From the IMG/VR virus record IMGVR_UViG_3300009008_000003: DNA of 64,000 bases; one strand, 5' to 3'. Position 1 is the first letter of the stretch, and every line of letters begins with the position of its first letter. The notes below the pieces were generated by a model. It was not told the DNA's origin and did no database searches. It saw only the letters and a program-made list of their open reading frames with translations. Positions 29,545 through 38,628 of the stretch are shown here, piece after piece. A program made the position numbers and the translations under genes. The DNA is from a virus.

Positions 29545-29570
29545 AAAAAGGAACGCTAGGTTCCTATTTT
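29543..29570. terminator. Bidirectional terminator at the convergence of + and - blocks
   Basis: aaaaaaaggaac-gctag-gttcctatttt. Confidence 0.65.
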
Positions 29571-29864
29571 CTTTAGTTCTTTCTTCTTTACGTCCTTGAA
29601 TTTAGCTAATGTGATATCTCCAGTATCTATAGCATTTAGTATGCTGTTTCGCAGCATTAATTTTTCCACAATACGTGCAAATACAGCCGAAACTAATTCA
29701 TCGGTCAGCTGAGATTGATTCTTGAGTTTATGCTTGAGATGATCCTTCAAATGTTTCTTAGGATAACGCATTCTGATATGCCTGAATTCTTCATCAAACA
29801 TTAAAACATAATGGGATCCTCCGTATACCACGAGTATATAATCTGATAATTCATCTACGGTCAT
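29556..29864 (-). CDS. Hypothetical protein
   Basis: 102-aa ORF in the - strand accessory region. Confidence 0.5.
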   Translation of the reverse strand: MTVDELSDYILVVYGGSHYVLMFDEEFRHIRMRYPKKHLKDHLKHKLKNQSQLTDELVSAVFARIVEKLMLRNSILNAIDTGDITLAKFKDVKKKELKKIGT

Positions 29865-29891
29865 TTTGTATTCCTTTGTAAAAAAAGGGAG

Positions 29892-30143
29892 CTAGAGCTC
29901 CCTTTGAAATTTTATGAGTATAATACGAAGAGAGGCGTTTACCACTCTAGGTGTAATGTCTTCTTCGTTAGCAAACAATTCACTAAGATGCTCCCTTACT
30001 TGAGCATCCAGGACCGGCGTTGGTGATTTTATCAATAGCAGATCCATGTAAAGTTTTCGATGTTTCATCCAGATAGTGTTAATCACGTCCGGGAAGCTCA
30101 TCATTTTAGTTTCCATTGGCTTGTTTCCATTTTTTTCTAACAC
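29892..30143 (-). CDS. Hypothetical protein
   Basis: 83-aa ORF ending in hairpin 29880-29905; the true start may be downstream. Confidence 0.45.
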   Translation of the reverse strand: MLEKNGNKPMETKMMSFPDVINTIWMKHRKLYMDLLLIKSPTPVLDAQVREHLSELFANEEDITPRVVNASLRIILIKFQREL

Positions 30144-30303
30144 CGAACCATGCGGCTATAATGATTGGGGCCGCAATCCATTCCACCCACGTATTGAGTG
30201 GGTCTCTCATACCGGCCATTGTTAATGGGAAGCGGTATAGCCAAAGAATAGTAGCAATAATAACTGCTACTAGGCTTACCCACTTTTGTGCTCTGGTACT
30301 CAT
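30106..30303 (-). CDS. Small two-TM membrane protein
   Basis: 65 aa, two hydrophobic helices and a basic C-tail; coupled to the lipoprotein stop. Confidence 0.55.
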   Translation of the reverse strand: MSTRAQKWVSLVAVIIATILWLYRFPLTMAGMRDPLNTWVEWIAAPIIIAAWFGVRKKWKQANGN

Positions 30304-31322
30304 GGTACCGGCGGAGAACAGTAGAACCCATCACAATAGACACCGCCCAACCACGGATTGTCCATGAAACTGTTGGTTCCTTCGCCGCCCTCTTCCTCGG
30401 CGTTAGGGTTGCAATATTCGCCTTCATTGAAAACAAAGTTATTGACTTCATCCATTAAACTCCAAGCAGCTACGGCTGCGGCACCGCCGATAAAGGGGTT
30501 ACCTCCTGTAGCGGCTCCTACAATCACTCCTGTGACAGTACCAGCTACGAACTGGCTAGTTGCACGAGCGCGTGCTACAGAGTTATGACAGGCTGCGCAA
30601 CCATCTTCAGGCCCGTTTTCCAGAAACGGCATGTCTCCAAAGTACGCTGGTACCGCTGAGAGCATTTCATCGCGATACGACAACAGCCACATAACTCGAT
30701 AGTTCGAGTAACGCTTGAGATATGGCTTGCTACAAACTTCCATTACTGCTTCGGATATGCGTTGTCTAGCAGCATCTAGTGTATGCTCATGTCTGGACAG
30801 CAGGTTATTATGACTAGGATCCACTTCGATAGCATGTGTGCCAGGTGGTAAAGGTACCCAATTAGATCTCTCTTCAATAAGCTCTATAAGTTGGACTGTG
30901 AGATAGTTGGCATCCGGGTAATGTTCCCCGTTGCCATAAGGTGGCCGGTTAGCCATGATCTGCCTGGTCAGCCAAACAAGATAATAGTATTGTTCTGTAG
31001 CGGCTAGGCTGCTATCATAGGTGATACCAGGTTCAAGATATTCCAGACCATGTATCTCCAAAAGATACTGAAGAGTATCTTCGTAAGAAAAGGGATTATC
31101 CTTATTCTGTACAAAGAAAGAGTAGATCCACTTCTCATTTTCGGTTAGAGAAGAAGTTTCTACAAACCGATCAAGAGCCTGTTGACACTGGATTGTGTTT
31201 TCAGCAACTGACTCAAGCTGGTGGGTAACAAGCATAGTAGGGTTTGGGGCTGTGGGGCTGGAGCGTTCTGAAGCACAATTGGCAAAGAAAAGTATTGCCA
31301 TGAGGGGAATTAAAAGTTTCAT
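30300..31322 (-). CDS. Predicted lipoprotein with a CxxCH motif and Gly-zipper segment
   Basis: Signal with lipobox-like FANC; CAACH at 30585-30599; GTVTGVIVGAATGGNPFIGGAAAVAAW; SD ggag. Confidence 0.6.
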   Translation of the reverse strand: MKLLIPLMAILFFANCASERSSPTAPNPTMLVTHQLESVAENTIQCQQALDRFVETSSLTENEKWIYSFFVQNKDNPFSYEDTLQYLLEIHGLEYLEPGITYDSSLAATEQYYYLVWLTRQIMANRPPYGNGEHYPDANYLTVQLIELIEERSNWVPLPPGTHAIEVDPSHNNLLSRHEHTLDAARQRISEAVMEVCSKPYLKRYSNYRVMWLLSYRDEMLSAVPAYFGDMPFLENGPEDGCAACHNSVARARATSQFVAGTVTGVIVGAATGGNPFIGGAAAVAAWSLMDEVNNFVFNEGEYCNPNAEEEGGEGTNSFMDNPWLGGVYCDGFYCSPPVP

Positions 31323-31360
31323 GATTTACTCCTTTGTTTGTATTAATACCTCCTATGTTT

Positions 31361-31395
31361 CTTATACCCTAAAAAAAGGGGACAGATGTCCCCTT
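31361..31395 (-). terminator. Fused terminator-promoter junction
   Basis: - strand: ggggac-atct-gtcccc-ttttttt-a-GGGTATAAG. Confidence 0.65.
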
Positions 31396-31398
31396 GGT

Positions 31399-31611
31399 TT
31401 ACTTACTATCGACGGGTTTGGCAGACCACGCTGTAGGGTTGCCCTTTAATCCATCTTGACGCATTACCTGCTGAATGGCAGCGGTTTCCTGGGCATGAAT
31501 AGCCCGGTGTACACACTGGTCCATAAGCACCGTTTTGCCCGCATGGCGAGCAGTGTGATGACGTTCCATCGGAGCGCCATCGGATCCTGTCGGATTAGCC
31601 ACGATCATCAC
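31399..31611 (-). CDS. Minimal HNH/EndoVII-fold (LHH-like) nuclease domain protein
   Basis: PTGSDGAPMERHH...GKTVLM..CVHRAIH; strong SD aggagg suggests the start is the GTG at 31602. Confidence 0.45.
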   Translation of the reverse strand: MMIVANPTGSDGAPMERHHTARHAGKTVLMDQCVHRAIHAQETAAIQQVMRQDGLKGNPTAWSAKPVDSK

Positions 31612-31718
31612 CTCCTAACACGGCTGTTAAATTGATGCTCTTTTACTAGTGAGCCTAGTTTGCCATGATTGGAGCCTCCTATTCCTGCTTGTTATAGAAG
31701 TAATGATCCTCTATTTAT

Positions 31719-31750
31719 CTTATGCCATAAAAAAGGGCCGAAGCCCTTTG
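31719..31750 (-). terminator. Fused terminator-promoter junction
   Basis: - strand: gggc-ttcg-gccc-tttttt-at-GGCATAAG. Confidence 0.65.
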
Positions 31751-32707
31751 TTATTCTACCACCGGCTCGAAGTCCGGAAGGAAGATATTTAGGAACGTAT
31801 CCTCTGAGGCAGCAATCACGTGATATTCCCCGTCATCTGGCAGATCATTTTTCTCAGCTACTATACCAACCAGATTGTAAGCCTGCTTGATTTTTTCCTG
31901 AGATTCTGGACTTAACCGTGCAGCTACGCCAGATTGCATATACCGATCTATAGGTATTATTTCGATCTCTGCATCTGGGGTTTTTTCCTCCTCTGCAGAG
32001 AACTCCACACTGACCGGACTTTCACCTTCCTTAATATTTTCAACAAACTGGGTTTTAAGGTGTTTGTTAAGAGCTTGTGCCCGGGCAGCTCCGCCTTTGG
32101 CTTTTAATTCTTTAACAGATTTGGCCGTGAATTTTAGCAGAAAAGCTGCTTTTTCATATACATCCTTAGGAAGTTCTTTGCATCCCACAGCCCGGTAACT
32201 GTCAAAAGCGACTCTTTCTTCTTCCCTGATATCGAATACCAAGGCAAGTTGCGTAGGTGAAAGATCATATTTTCCAAGTACCCTTTGCAGGGCATTCCGG
32301 TGTGGGGAGTGTTTTTTCCTCTCTTTACCGTTCTTTTCCTCTGTTGGCTCGGTCTTGTCTTTAGACTTTCTTTCACCGATCATAAGACGCGGTATATTGT
32401 ACGGACCTAACTTCTCTACTAAGTATGCCCATGCCGCAGTTAAGGTCATTCCCTGCATTTCTACACACCGCTCTCCCAGAATGGTCTCTAGGTGATTAAG
32501 AGCCATTGTAATTTCGGCAGGCATGGTACGTATACCATGTAAACAGTTGTTTACGAATTTCTTTTCTCGATTGCCATAAGGCAGCCCCAGAAGTCGTACC
32601 AATTCAGTTTTGGCGACTTTACCGTCTTTCAGCCCAATGTCATTGTTAAGAATGTTAACTAACTTTTCCCACTGAAAGAATTCAGCTGGTTTTTCTTTGA
32701 TAGACAT
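31751..32707 (-). CDS. Hypothetical protein (possibly DNA-binding)
   Basis: 318-aa ORF with SD aaggag, in its own promoter-terminator cassette. Confidence 0.6.
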   Translation of the reverse strand: MSIKEKPAEFFQWEKLVNILNNDIGLKDGKVAKTELVRLLGLPYGNREKKFVNNCLHGIRTMPAEITMALNHLETILGERCVEMQGMTLTAAWAYLVEKLGPYNIPRLMIGERKSKDKTEPTEEKNGKERKKHSPHRNALQRVLGKYDLSPTQLALVFDIREEERVAFDSYRAVGCKELPKDVYEKAAFLLKFTAKSVKELKAKGGAARAQALNKHLKTQFVENIKEGESPVSVEFSAEEEKTPDAEIEIIPIDRYMQSGVAARLSPESQEKIKQAYNLVGIVAEKNDLPDDGEYHVIAASEDTFLNIFLPDFEPVVE

Positions 32708-32751
32708 GTCAGTCTCCTTTGTTGTGATGACGATGTATGCTCCATATAGTA

Positions 32752-32787
32752 CTTATACCATAAAAAAGGGAACCGTTAGGTTCCCTT
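32752..32787 (-). terminator. Fused terminator-promoter junction
   Basis: - strand: gggaacc-taac-ggttccc-tttttt-at-GGTATAAG. Confidence 0.65.
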
Positions 32788-32915
32788 CGATCATGATAAC
32801 ACATAGACACACTGGGAGCATAGTAAACACAACATCGGGAGTCAAACCCCAGAAAGCTAGGTACTAATGGAAGTGTGTATAGTTATCCTTATATTACTTA
32901 TGCCATAAAGCAGCT

Positions 32916-33134
32916 CTACTTTTGATCGTACTCTGCTGTTTTATCATCGCCGTGTTCTACCTGTGAACGTAGCACAGCACTTAGTAAATTACTGCGCCAT
33001 TCCGTATCTAAATACTGTCTGTATACATACCCCATTACACGAGCTACCATGCCTATAGGTGTATCCGACTGTTCTGCTATCTCTATATTAAAATCTGTAA
33101 GATCTGGTAATTTTTTCTTCTCTTCTTCACTCAT
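32916..33134 (-). CDS. Hypothetical protein
   Basis: 72-aa ORF, overlap-coupled. Confidence 0.5.
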   Translation of the reverse strand: MSEEEKKKLPDLTDFNIEIAEQSDTPIGMVARVMGYVYRQYLDTEWRSNLLSAVLRSQVEHGDDKTAEYDQK

Positions 33135-33462
33135 CTTTCAATATTCCTTCTTTAATTAAATGTGCTTTAAACTGCTCTAAGAGTTTAGCTTTGACCCGTG
33201 TCTTTACGCCCAATATTTGGCGCACCTGCACGCTTGGTGCCTGTCTCCATCTTGGCCCATCCGGGTACTTTACTTCCATTTCTAATTTCTTGTATAAAGC
33301 TTTAAGCCCGAATGTCTGTATCTGTTCCGGGGTATCCAGAATTGCTACTTTGTCTTTGTCAGTCATTTGTCTTCCTTCGGTGTTTGTTTCAAATTCTCTG
33401 GCAGAGGAGGAGGATGCTCGTTGGCGTCTTGTGGGTGACACCATGTCTGTGTATACGTGCAA
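33127..33462 (-). CDS. Hypothetical protein
   Basis: Likely start at MTDKDK (about 33366), coupled to the upstream stop. Confidence 0.5.
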   Translation of the reverse strand: MHVYTDMVSPTRRQRASSSSAREFETNTEGRQMTDKDKVAILDTPEQIQTFGLKALYKKLEMEVKYPDGPRWRQAPSVQVRQILGVKTRVKAKLLEQFKAHLIKEGILKDE

Positions 33463-34109
33463 CTATCGCAAATCCAGCCTTGCTTGGTTGGAATAAGCAA
33501 TTCGCCACATTCGCACGTATATGGGTGTAGATGATCTGCTGCTTGTCTTAATTCAAGGTTTTTTACCTGTTTGTCAGTCCAGGGAGCATAACACGATCTT
33601 ACACTGTCTAAAATATTGGCAATGCGCTGAGCTGCTATTTTACGCTGCTCTTCATTACCATATGTTGCGCAACGACTACATCCCCCAGACATAAGTGGAT
33701 TAGCACAAGAACATGCATAGCTGCAAGGTTCCGTAAACAAACATGGACAGCCTGGGTGTGTAGTATGGGTATGATTTTGTTCATAATCATGATCATTTCC
33801 ATCATAAAGTACCAATGCTTCTCGTACTTCTTCGATAGCCGCTCTATAATCACCCGCCACGTGTGGCGACATTAACCCTTCATCGCGTTCCAACTCTTTG
33901 CTGCCCGCGACTCCATTTAGTACGCTCCACACTCGTTGCTTTGGAAAAGTGTTCTGTTTTTCAACCATCTTATCTGTATTATCGGTAGCAGTGATTCGCC
34001 TATTAGGAAAAACTGATTTGTTTAACGCGTTTTCAATGATCTCCATAGCAGGTATGCCATCTTCTGATTCTAAGGAAACAATTGCGCGGTCATGGTGTTT
34101 GCTTTTCAT
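33363..34109 (-). CDS. Cys-rich hypothetical protein
   Basis: 248 aa; CPC..C..CSC..C..C cluster and HPYTCECG...WICDSC...Q.WCH. Confidence 0.6.
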   Translation of the reverse strand: MKSKHHDRAIVSLESEDGIPAMEIIENALNKSVFPNRRITATDNTDKMVEKQNTFPKQRVWSVLNGVAGSKELERDEGLMSPHVAGDYRAAIEEVREALVLYDGNDHDYEQNHTHTTHPGCPCLFTEPCSYACSCANPLMSGGCSRCATYGNEEQRKIAAQRIANILDSVRSCYAPWTDKQVKNLELRQAADHLHPYTCECGELLIPTKQGWICDSCTYTQTWCHPQDANEHPPPLPENLKQTPKEDK

Positions 34110-34118
34110 GATTCTTTA

Positions 34119-34322
34119 TTATCCTCCTCCGCTTACAGCTTTAGCTACACGCCAATCAAGGCGTCGTATCTCTAGGTCGCCCCACGTATTGGGCTCGTAT
34201 CCTATTTCTTTTAAGACTAATTCTTTTGCTTCTTCCTCAGATGAAGCTATAGCAAAAGCAAGCCCATCTGACCAATCTGGAGCAAAGCCTGTCCAGATGT
34301 ATAGTTTTAACGATTTTTTCAT
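34119..34322 (-). CDS. Hypothetical protein
   Basis: 67-aa ORF, coupled. Confidence 0.55.
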   Translation of the reverse strand: MKKSLKLYIWTGFAPDWSDGLAFAIASSEEEAKELVLKEIGYEPNTWGDLEIRRLDWRVAKAVSGGG

Positions 34323-34672
34323 TACTTAAGTTCCTCTAGTTCCGGATACGCTTCATACATTCTTTTTGTGTAGTCTTTGAAGTTTTTGAGTAACACGCCA
34401 CCGTGGGATGATATCGAGTATAGCCCATATGATAACTCCGGCCCCATTTGCTCAAGTGGAAAATGTTCCAAAAACTTATCGTTCATCATAATAGCAACTT
34501 TGTTATTACTACTAAAACGTTCATCAACTACATCAAATATATAATCCAGAGCATGGTCTATATCACCATGTTTTTTTCGTAGTAGTATTTCATCTATATC
34601 AGCTTGGATGCTTGGAATTATATAACTCATTATACTTTCTTTCGCTTGATTTTCTTTGGTGCTTTTACGCAC
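34322..34672 (-). CDS. Hypothetical protein
   Basis: 116-aa ORF. Confidence 0.5.
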   Translation of the reverse strand: MRKSTKENQAKESIMSYIIPSIQADIDEILLRKKHGDIDHALDYIFDVVDERFSSNNKVAIMMNDKFLEHFPLEQMGPELSYGLYSISSHGGVLLKNFKDYTKRMYEAYPELEELK

Positions 34673-34813
34673 TTGACTGCACTCGTATGAGATCTTGCTT
34701 TACATTCGCCAGTCTTCTTACACCCTTGTTCTTGCCGATGGCGACCACCGTGAATACACTCCTGACAGACTTTTGATGTCACAGATTTTTGATTGCATAT
34801 AAGTAGAGTCATT

Positions 34814-35095
34814 CTACCTTCCTTCGTATTGCCACATAACTGCGTTGCAATAGTTGTGTACTGCTCCTTCAGTCATGCCTGTTTTGTGGTCATGTTGTAA
34901 ATGGATCGGTGCTTTTAGGAAGTTAGGTGGGAATAGTTTCCAGTTTATCTTTTGATCTGTAATATGTTTCGGTGCAGGCTTTGAAAGCGATTCAGTACAA
35001 AACATACACTTATTATTCTGTTCTTTTATGTACTGTTCCCTGACTTCTCTTTTCTGTGATGGGGTGAGGTCGTGATATTTTGTTGGTCGTTTCAT
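34814..35095 (-). CDS. Endonuclease VII-like small protein
   Basis: CMFC...HLQHDHKTGMTEGAVHNYCN fits the EndoVII HDH.TG....CN pattern. Confidence 0.65.
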   Translation of the reverse strand: MKRPTKYHDLTPSQKREVREQYIKEQNNKCMFCTESLSKPAPKHITDQKINWKLFPPNFLKAPIHLQHDHKTGMTEGAVHNYCNAVMWQYEGR

Positions 35096-35212
35096 TTATC
35101 TGCCTTCATCCCGCGTATTACTGGGCATGTATCCTGATTACACTTATCATTTCCATTATAGTATTTACAAGCATTCACAAGATTGGAAATTGGATTATAG
35201 TGCCTGCAGTGC

Positions 35213-35449
35213 TTAAACCAGTGTGCCCATATTCTTAGTATGTTCATTTCTCTCCCAAACAATTTTACAGCAGGAAAGATCTTTAAGTTCCTTTAAACCA
35301 TCTCGCGCAAAAAGCTCTTCTAGATTTTCCCATGCCTCTTCTTCTGTACTGCCTGTTGCAGCTATAACACCACAATCACCTAATATTAGCTTTGGGTTAA
35401 GTATTGCCCAAGTTTTGTTTTCTTCTTTCATCGGTACCATCCAAACCAT
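35213..35449 (-). CDS. Hypothetical protein
   Basis: 78-aa ORF. Confidence 0.4.
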   Translation of the reverse strand: MVWMVPMKEENKTWAILNPKLILGDCGVIAATGSTEEEAWENLEELFARDGLKELKDLSCCKIVWERNEHTKNMGTLV

Positions 35450-35575
35450 CCTTCCGGTAATCCTTTGTGATAGCGGTTATATGAAAATCTTACACTATAC
35501 CAGTGTGGTTCTCCACATTGTAAGTGAATGCACCATACTCTGATGTTAAGCCATAGACTACTCATCGTTGGCCTC

Positions 35576-36001
35576 CTATTGTTGCGCTGGTGGGTTCAGT
35601 GAATCAAGTGCTGCTTGCTTTGAGTAAACCGTTGTCCCCCGCTTACAACATACAGGGCATTTCCAGTACCAGTGATTGCTAAGTGGCGTGTTGATAATAT
35701 CAACTACAGCATCACAGCCGTAAGGACAGTTCGGCTCCCGTTGTTGCGCTGGGGTGAGTAATTCGTTGCTGACATGACGAGCGCAATCACGCCAGCCATT
35801 TTGATAACTGTCGTTATCGTTGCCCCCTACAAGGGAGCATTTCCTTAGCAGCATCTCAACCTCACTCCTCTTCACATATTGCGACAGGTCGATCTCGGTG
35901 CAACCACCATAGCCGCAATCATCAAGCAGATTGACAATAAACTCTGGTGTTTCGTCTGGCTCTATGGGTATCTCCATGACCAGCGTTTTGTTGTTGCTCA
36001 T
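35576..36001 (-). CDS. Hypothetical protein with Zn ribbon
   Basis: CPYGC...CPVCCK. Confidence 0.5.
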   Translation of the reverse strand: MSNNKTLVMEIPIEPDETPEFIVNLLDDCGYGGCTEIDLSQYVKRSEVEMLLRKCSLVGGNDNDSYQNGWRDCARHVSNELLTPAQQREPNCPYGCDAVVDIINTPLSNHWYWKCPVCCKRGTTVYSKQAALDSLNPPAQQ

Positions 36002-36225
36002 AAATTCTCCCTTCTGATGCGTACTGGTAACAAGCCTTTGTTCAAAAACCCTGCTACCTTTTCACCCCATTCTTCAGGTGTTAATTCGGTAAGGGATAAA
36101 GTTTCATACTTGCCGTCACGAAGTTGCCGTACAAATATCTCATTTTCATATTCACGCAAACGCCAGAACCATTCAGCGAGATTTTGAGGCTCTTCTGGTG
36201 GCAGCGTTTTGTTGTCAGGCATCAT
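35998..36225 (-). CDS. Hypothetical protein
   Basis: 75-aa ORF with SD ggagg. Confidence 0.5.
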   Translation of the reverse strand: MMPDNKTLPPEEPQNLAEWFWRLREYENEIFVRQLRDGKYETLSLTELTPEEWGEKVAGFLNKGLLPVRIRRENL

Positions 36226-36499
36226 TCACCTCCCGTTGTGTCGGTGTTGGCAAGTTCGGCATCAATATATGCAGCCATCTCAGCCATGTTGTCGTGGCAT
36301 CCTTTATGTTCGCAGCCCAAGCAGTCCTTTCATTGTTTATCGTCTTCTTACTAAATATCTTAGGCTTAGTTGGCACCGGTCTCGGTATTGCTGGCAGTAT
36401 TACATGATGCCCTTTTACTATGGGATCATACTTACCAGCGTCTATTTCCTTGTTGGTTTTTATTACGTGGTCTGCTATTTGTTTGGCTGTTAGCTTCAT
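36215..36499 (-). CDS. Hypothetical protein
   Basis: 94-aa ORF with SD ggag. Confidence 0.5.
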   Translation of the reverse strand: MKLTAKQIADHVIKTNKEIDAGKYDPIVKGHHVILPAIPRPVPTKPKIFSKKTINNERTAWAANIKDATTTWLRWLHILMPNLPTPTQREVNDA

Positions 36500-36667
36500 A
36501 TCATGCTCCAGTGTCTTTGACTTTTTCTAGAAACCGCTCTGTTTCACAACAGGGACAGCTTCCTGTATCTAAAGCACAAATACATTCAGCGCTCTCCAGG
36601 TGTTCTTCCAATAATTCAATTGCTTCTTCCAGTAAGGGAAGAGCTTCCATAACTATTTCAGGTTTAA

Positions 36668-37081
36668 TCATGCCAATACCTTTCCGAATAGTAGTCTTTT
36701 AGTTCCCACTATTAAGACTACGATACCGTTTAAGACGCCTAGGAGCCACGTGACGAGCTCTTTTATAGCTGGTGGTGGTATAAACGTACCTTCGTACGTT
36801 TTAGTCTCGCAGGAGGTGTGTTTGTAGTCCGTTAAGTCTATGAGCGGAGACTCTTCTTCCTCTCCGTTTTCATAGACTTCTTCGCCATGCTCTTCCATCG
36901 ATCTTTCCATATCCATGTTTATTTCGATGGGAATAGTTGATTGCTCCAACGTCCAATGCTTTTCTTGTGGTGGTTTATTATACTGCAGCGCATTGTAATA
37001 GCTGGTGCCCCATATCGTTGCTAATGTTAGCATTGATATGATAAATATAAAAATAAAAAAATATTTACTCATAATCGTCAT
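36668..37081 (-). CDS. Membrane protein with N- and C-terminal hydrophobic helices
   Basis: 137-aa ORF. Confidence 0.5.
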   Translation of the reverse strand: MTIMSKYFFIFIFIISMLTLATIWGTSYYNALQYNKPPQEKHWTLEQSTIPIEINMDMERSMEEHGEEVYENGEEEESPLIDLTDYKHTSCETKTYEGTFIPPPAIKELVTWLLGVLNGIVVLIVGTKRLLFGKVLA

Positions 37082-37235
37082 CCTTCAGAGGCTCTTTTCG
37101 CCTATGTTTGTGTAGTCTATTATTGCGGCAGTGCGGACAGGACCCGTGATTTCTGCAGGTCCTGTCTACTGCTTTGCTATCGCTGTATTGTCTACGCCAA
37201 TCTTTTCGGTTAGGATAGCTATTATCGAAAGTCAT
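37065..37235 (-). CDS. Small Cys/His protein (not in the ORF track)
   Basis: Manually translated 56 aa, MTFDNSYPNRKDWRRQYSDSKAVDRTCRNHGSCPHCRNNRLHKHRRKEPLKDDDYE*; start overlaps the upstream TGA. Confidence 0.6.
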   Translation of the reverse strand: MTFDNSYPNRKDWRRQYSDSKAVDRTCRNHGSCPHCRNNRLHKHRRKEPLKDDDYE

Positions 37236-37483
37236 TTTTGATCCGCCTTAGTCCATTGGTGGTTTATCAACTGCGTGGAGATATAAGATGTTATATCTTC
37301 CACGCGACTTTCTTCTAGTAAGCTTGCTCCGAACGAACATGCCTTAATTGCGTATTCGTCTCTCATTTGTGTTAAGGCGTACGAATATAGGACAACCTCT
37401 GGAATCTTCTGCTTATCGTCTGCCAGTGCTGATATTTCGCTTAGGAGGGAACTAACTGTAGTATATAATTCAGCATATGTCAT
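37232..37483 (-). CDS. Hypothetical protein
   Basis: 83-aa ORF. Confidence 0.5.
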   Translation of the reverse strand: MTYAELYTTVSSLLSEISALADDKQKIPEVVLYSYALTQMRDEYAIKACSFGASLLEESRVEDITSYISTQLINHQWTKADQK

Positions 37484-37488
37484 TATTT

Positions 37489-37857
37489 TTACTCCTTTTT
37501 ATATAAAACCTGTAGCCAGATCGGCCCAGAGCCTATTATCCAGAATACCATTAGAGCTGTGTGCAAATAGTATGCTGATAATATACAAAATATACTAACC
37601 AATGTAAACGGCATAATGCTACCAGTTACTTTTACAAGGTATCGGTGAATAGTATATGTGTAATCAACATGGTCGTCATGCTCTGTTAGGTAGTATAATA
37701 CTTGTAAAGTTGAGAATACGCCTAAGGCAAATACCGCAGAGGATACTATCCAAAATAGTACGTATGCTTGCGGTAGCACGAAAGCCGCTAACAGTAAAAT
37801 GATAGGTACGCCCAAAGTTAGGCGTACCCATATGTTTGTGTTGTTTGTGTTGTTCAT
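37489..37857 (-). CDS. Four-TM membrane protein
   Basis: 122 aa, four hydrophobic segments. Confidence 0.6.
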   Translation of the reverse strand: MNNTNNTNIWVRLTLGVPIILLLAAFVLPQAYVLFWIVSSAVFALGVFSTLQVLYYLTEHDDHVDYTYTIHRYLVKVTGSIMPFTLVSIFCILSAYYLHTALMVFWIIGSGPIWLQVLYKKE

Positions 37858-37858
37858 T

Positions 37859-38326
37859 TTATCTATTCCTGTTGTTTTTGTGCCTTTTATACTGCGCTGA
37901 AATTATGTCGGCTAGTAACCATAATACCCAAGTCACCGTCATGACAAACATGCATAATCCCTGTGCTATAGGATCTGGTAAAAAGGGTACAGATATTAGC
38001 CCTCCTATCCACCAGGTTATGTATGCGTACCAAGGTGGGTGTATGTCATAGTAGTTCTTGAAGGTATAGCTGCACGTTGCACCAGCCTTGGTCTCTACTG
38101 TGCATGTCAAGTTAATCGCGCCAAGTATTCCAACTGCTAAAAACAACGTAAATACTACTACCATCATTGACCAATGAAAAAGCATGGTAAGTGGAAACAG
38201 GATTGGTCCCGCTGCTATGCCCAGATTGATAAGCATTTGTTTATTGTTCATTTTATATACCTGGTTACATACAAAATAACCGCAGATGGTATTGTGAGGA
38301 TGATCAACGGGGCCACACCAAAGCAT
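37859..38326 (-). CDS. Four-TM membrane protein
   Basis: Likely start MNNKQ at about 38251 (ATGA/TAA coupling); four hydrophobic segments. Confidence 0.55.
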   Translation of the reverse strand: MLWCGPVDHPHNTICGYFVCNQVYKMNNKQMLINLGIAAGPILFPLTMLFHWSMMVVVFTLFLAVGILGAINLTCTVETKAGATCSYTFKNYYDIHPPWYAYITWWIGGLISVPFLPDPIAQGLCMFVMTVTWVLWLLADIISAQYKRHKNNRNR

Positions 38327-38628
38327 AGCGCTATTGTAGTAAGAACTATCATTTTGATTACGGCGTCTCGGTGTGCATCCAAGTTATCTACTACGTAGGC
38401 TAATATACCTGTTGGAGCTGTGTAGGCGTGGTAAGCCCAATGTACTGATTCCACTTTCTCTTTGGTTTTTATGAGGTAGTAACTGCTAGCGACCAACATT
38501 AATAAGCTTCCTGCGAGTATTAGACCAAGTAAAAACCCTATTCCCGTAATCGTGGCGAAAAGCGCAACCGCTGGTATGCCCCAGGTTAACTTATCCATTA
38601 AACCTTGACTGATTACTTTATCGTTCAT
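38248..38628 (-). CDS. Four-TM membrane protein
   Basis: 126 aa, SD aaggag. Confidence 0.6.
   Translation of the reverse strand: MNDKVISQGLMDKLTWGIPAVALFATITGIGFLLGLILAGSLLMLVASSYYLIKTKEKVESVHWAYHAYTAPTGILAYVVDNLDAHRDAVIKMIVLTTIALCFGVAPLIILTIPSAVILYVTRYIK

Noticed and set aside
31763-31785. tccggaaggaag resembling the SRP RNA helix-8 core
   Set aside because: It lies antisense within the coding 3' end of 31751-32707 and lacks the flanking SRP stem.
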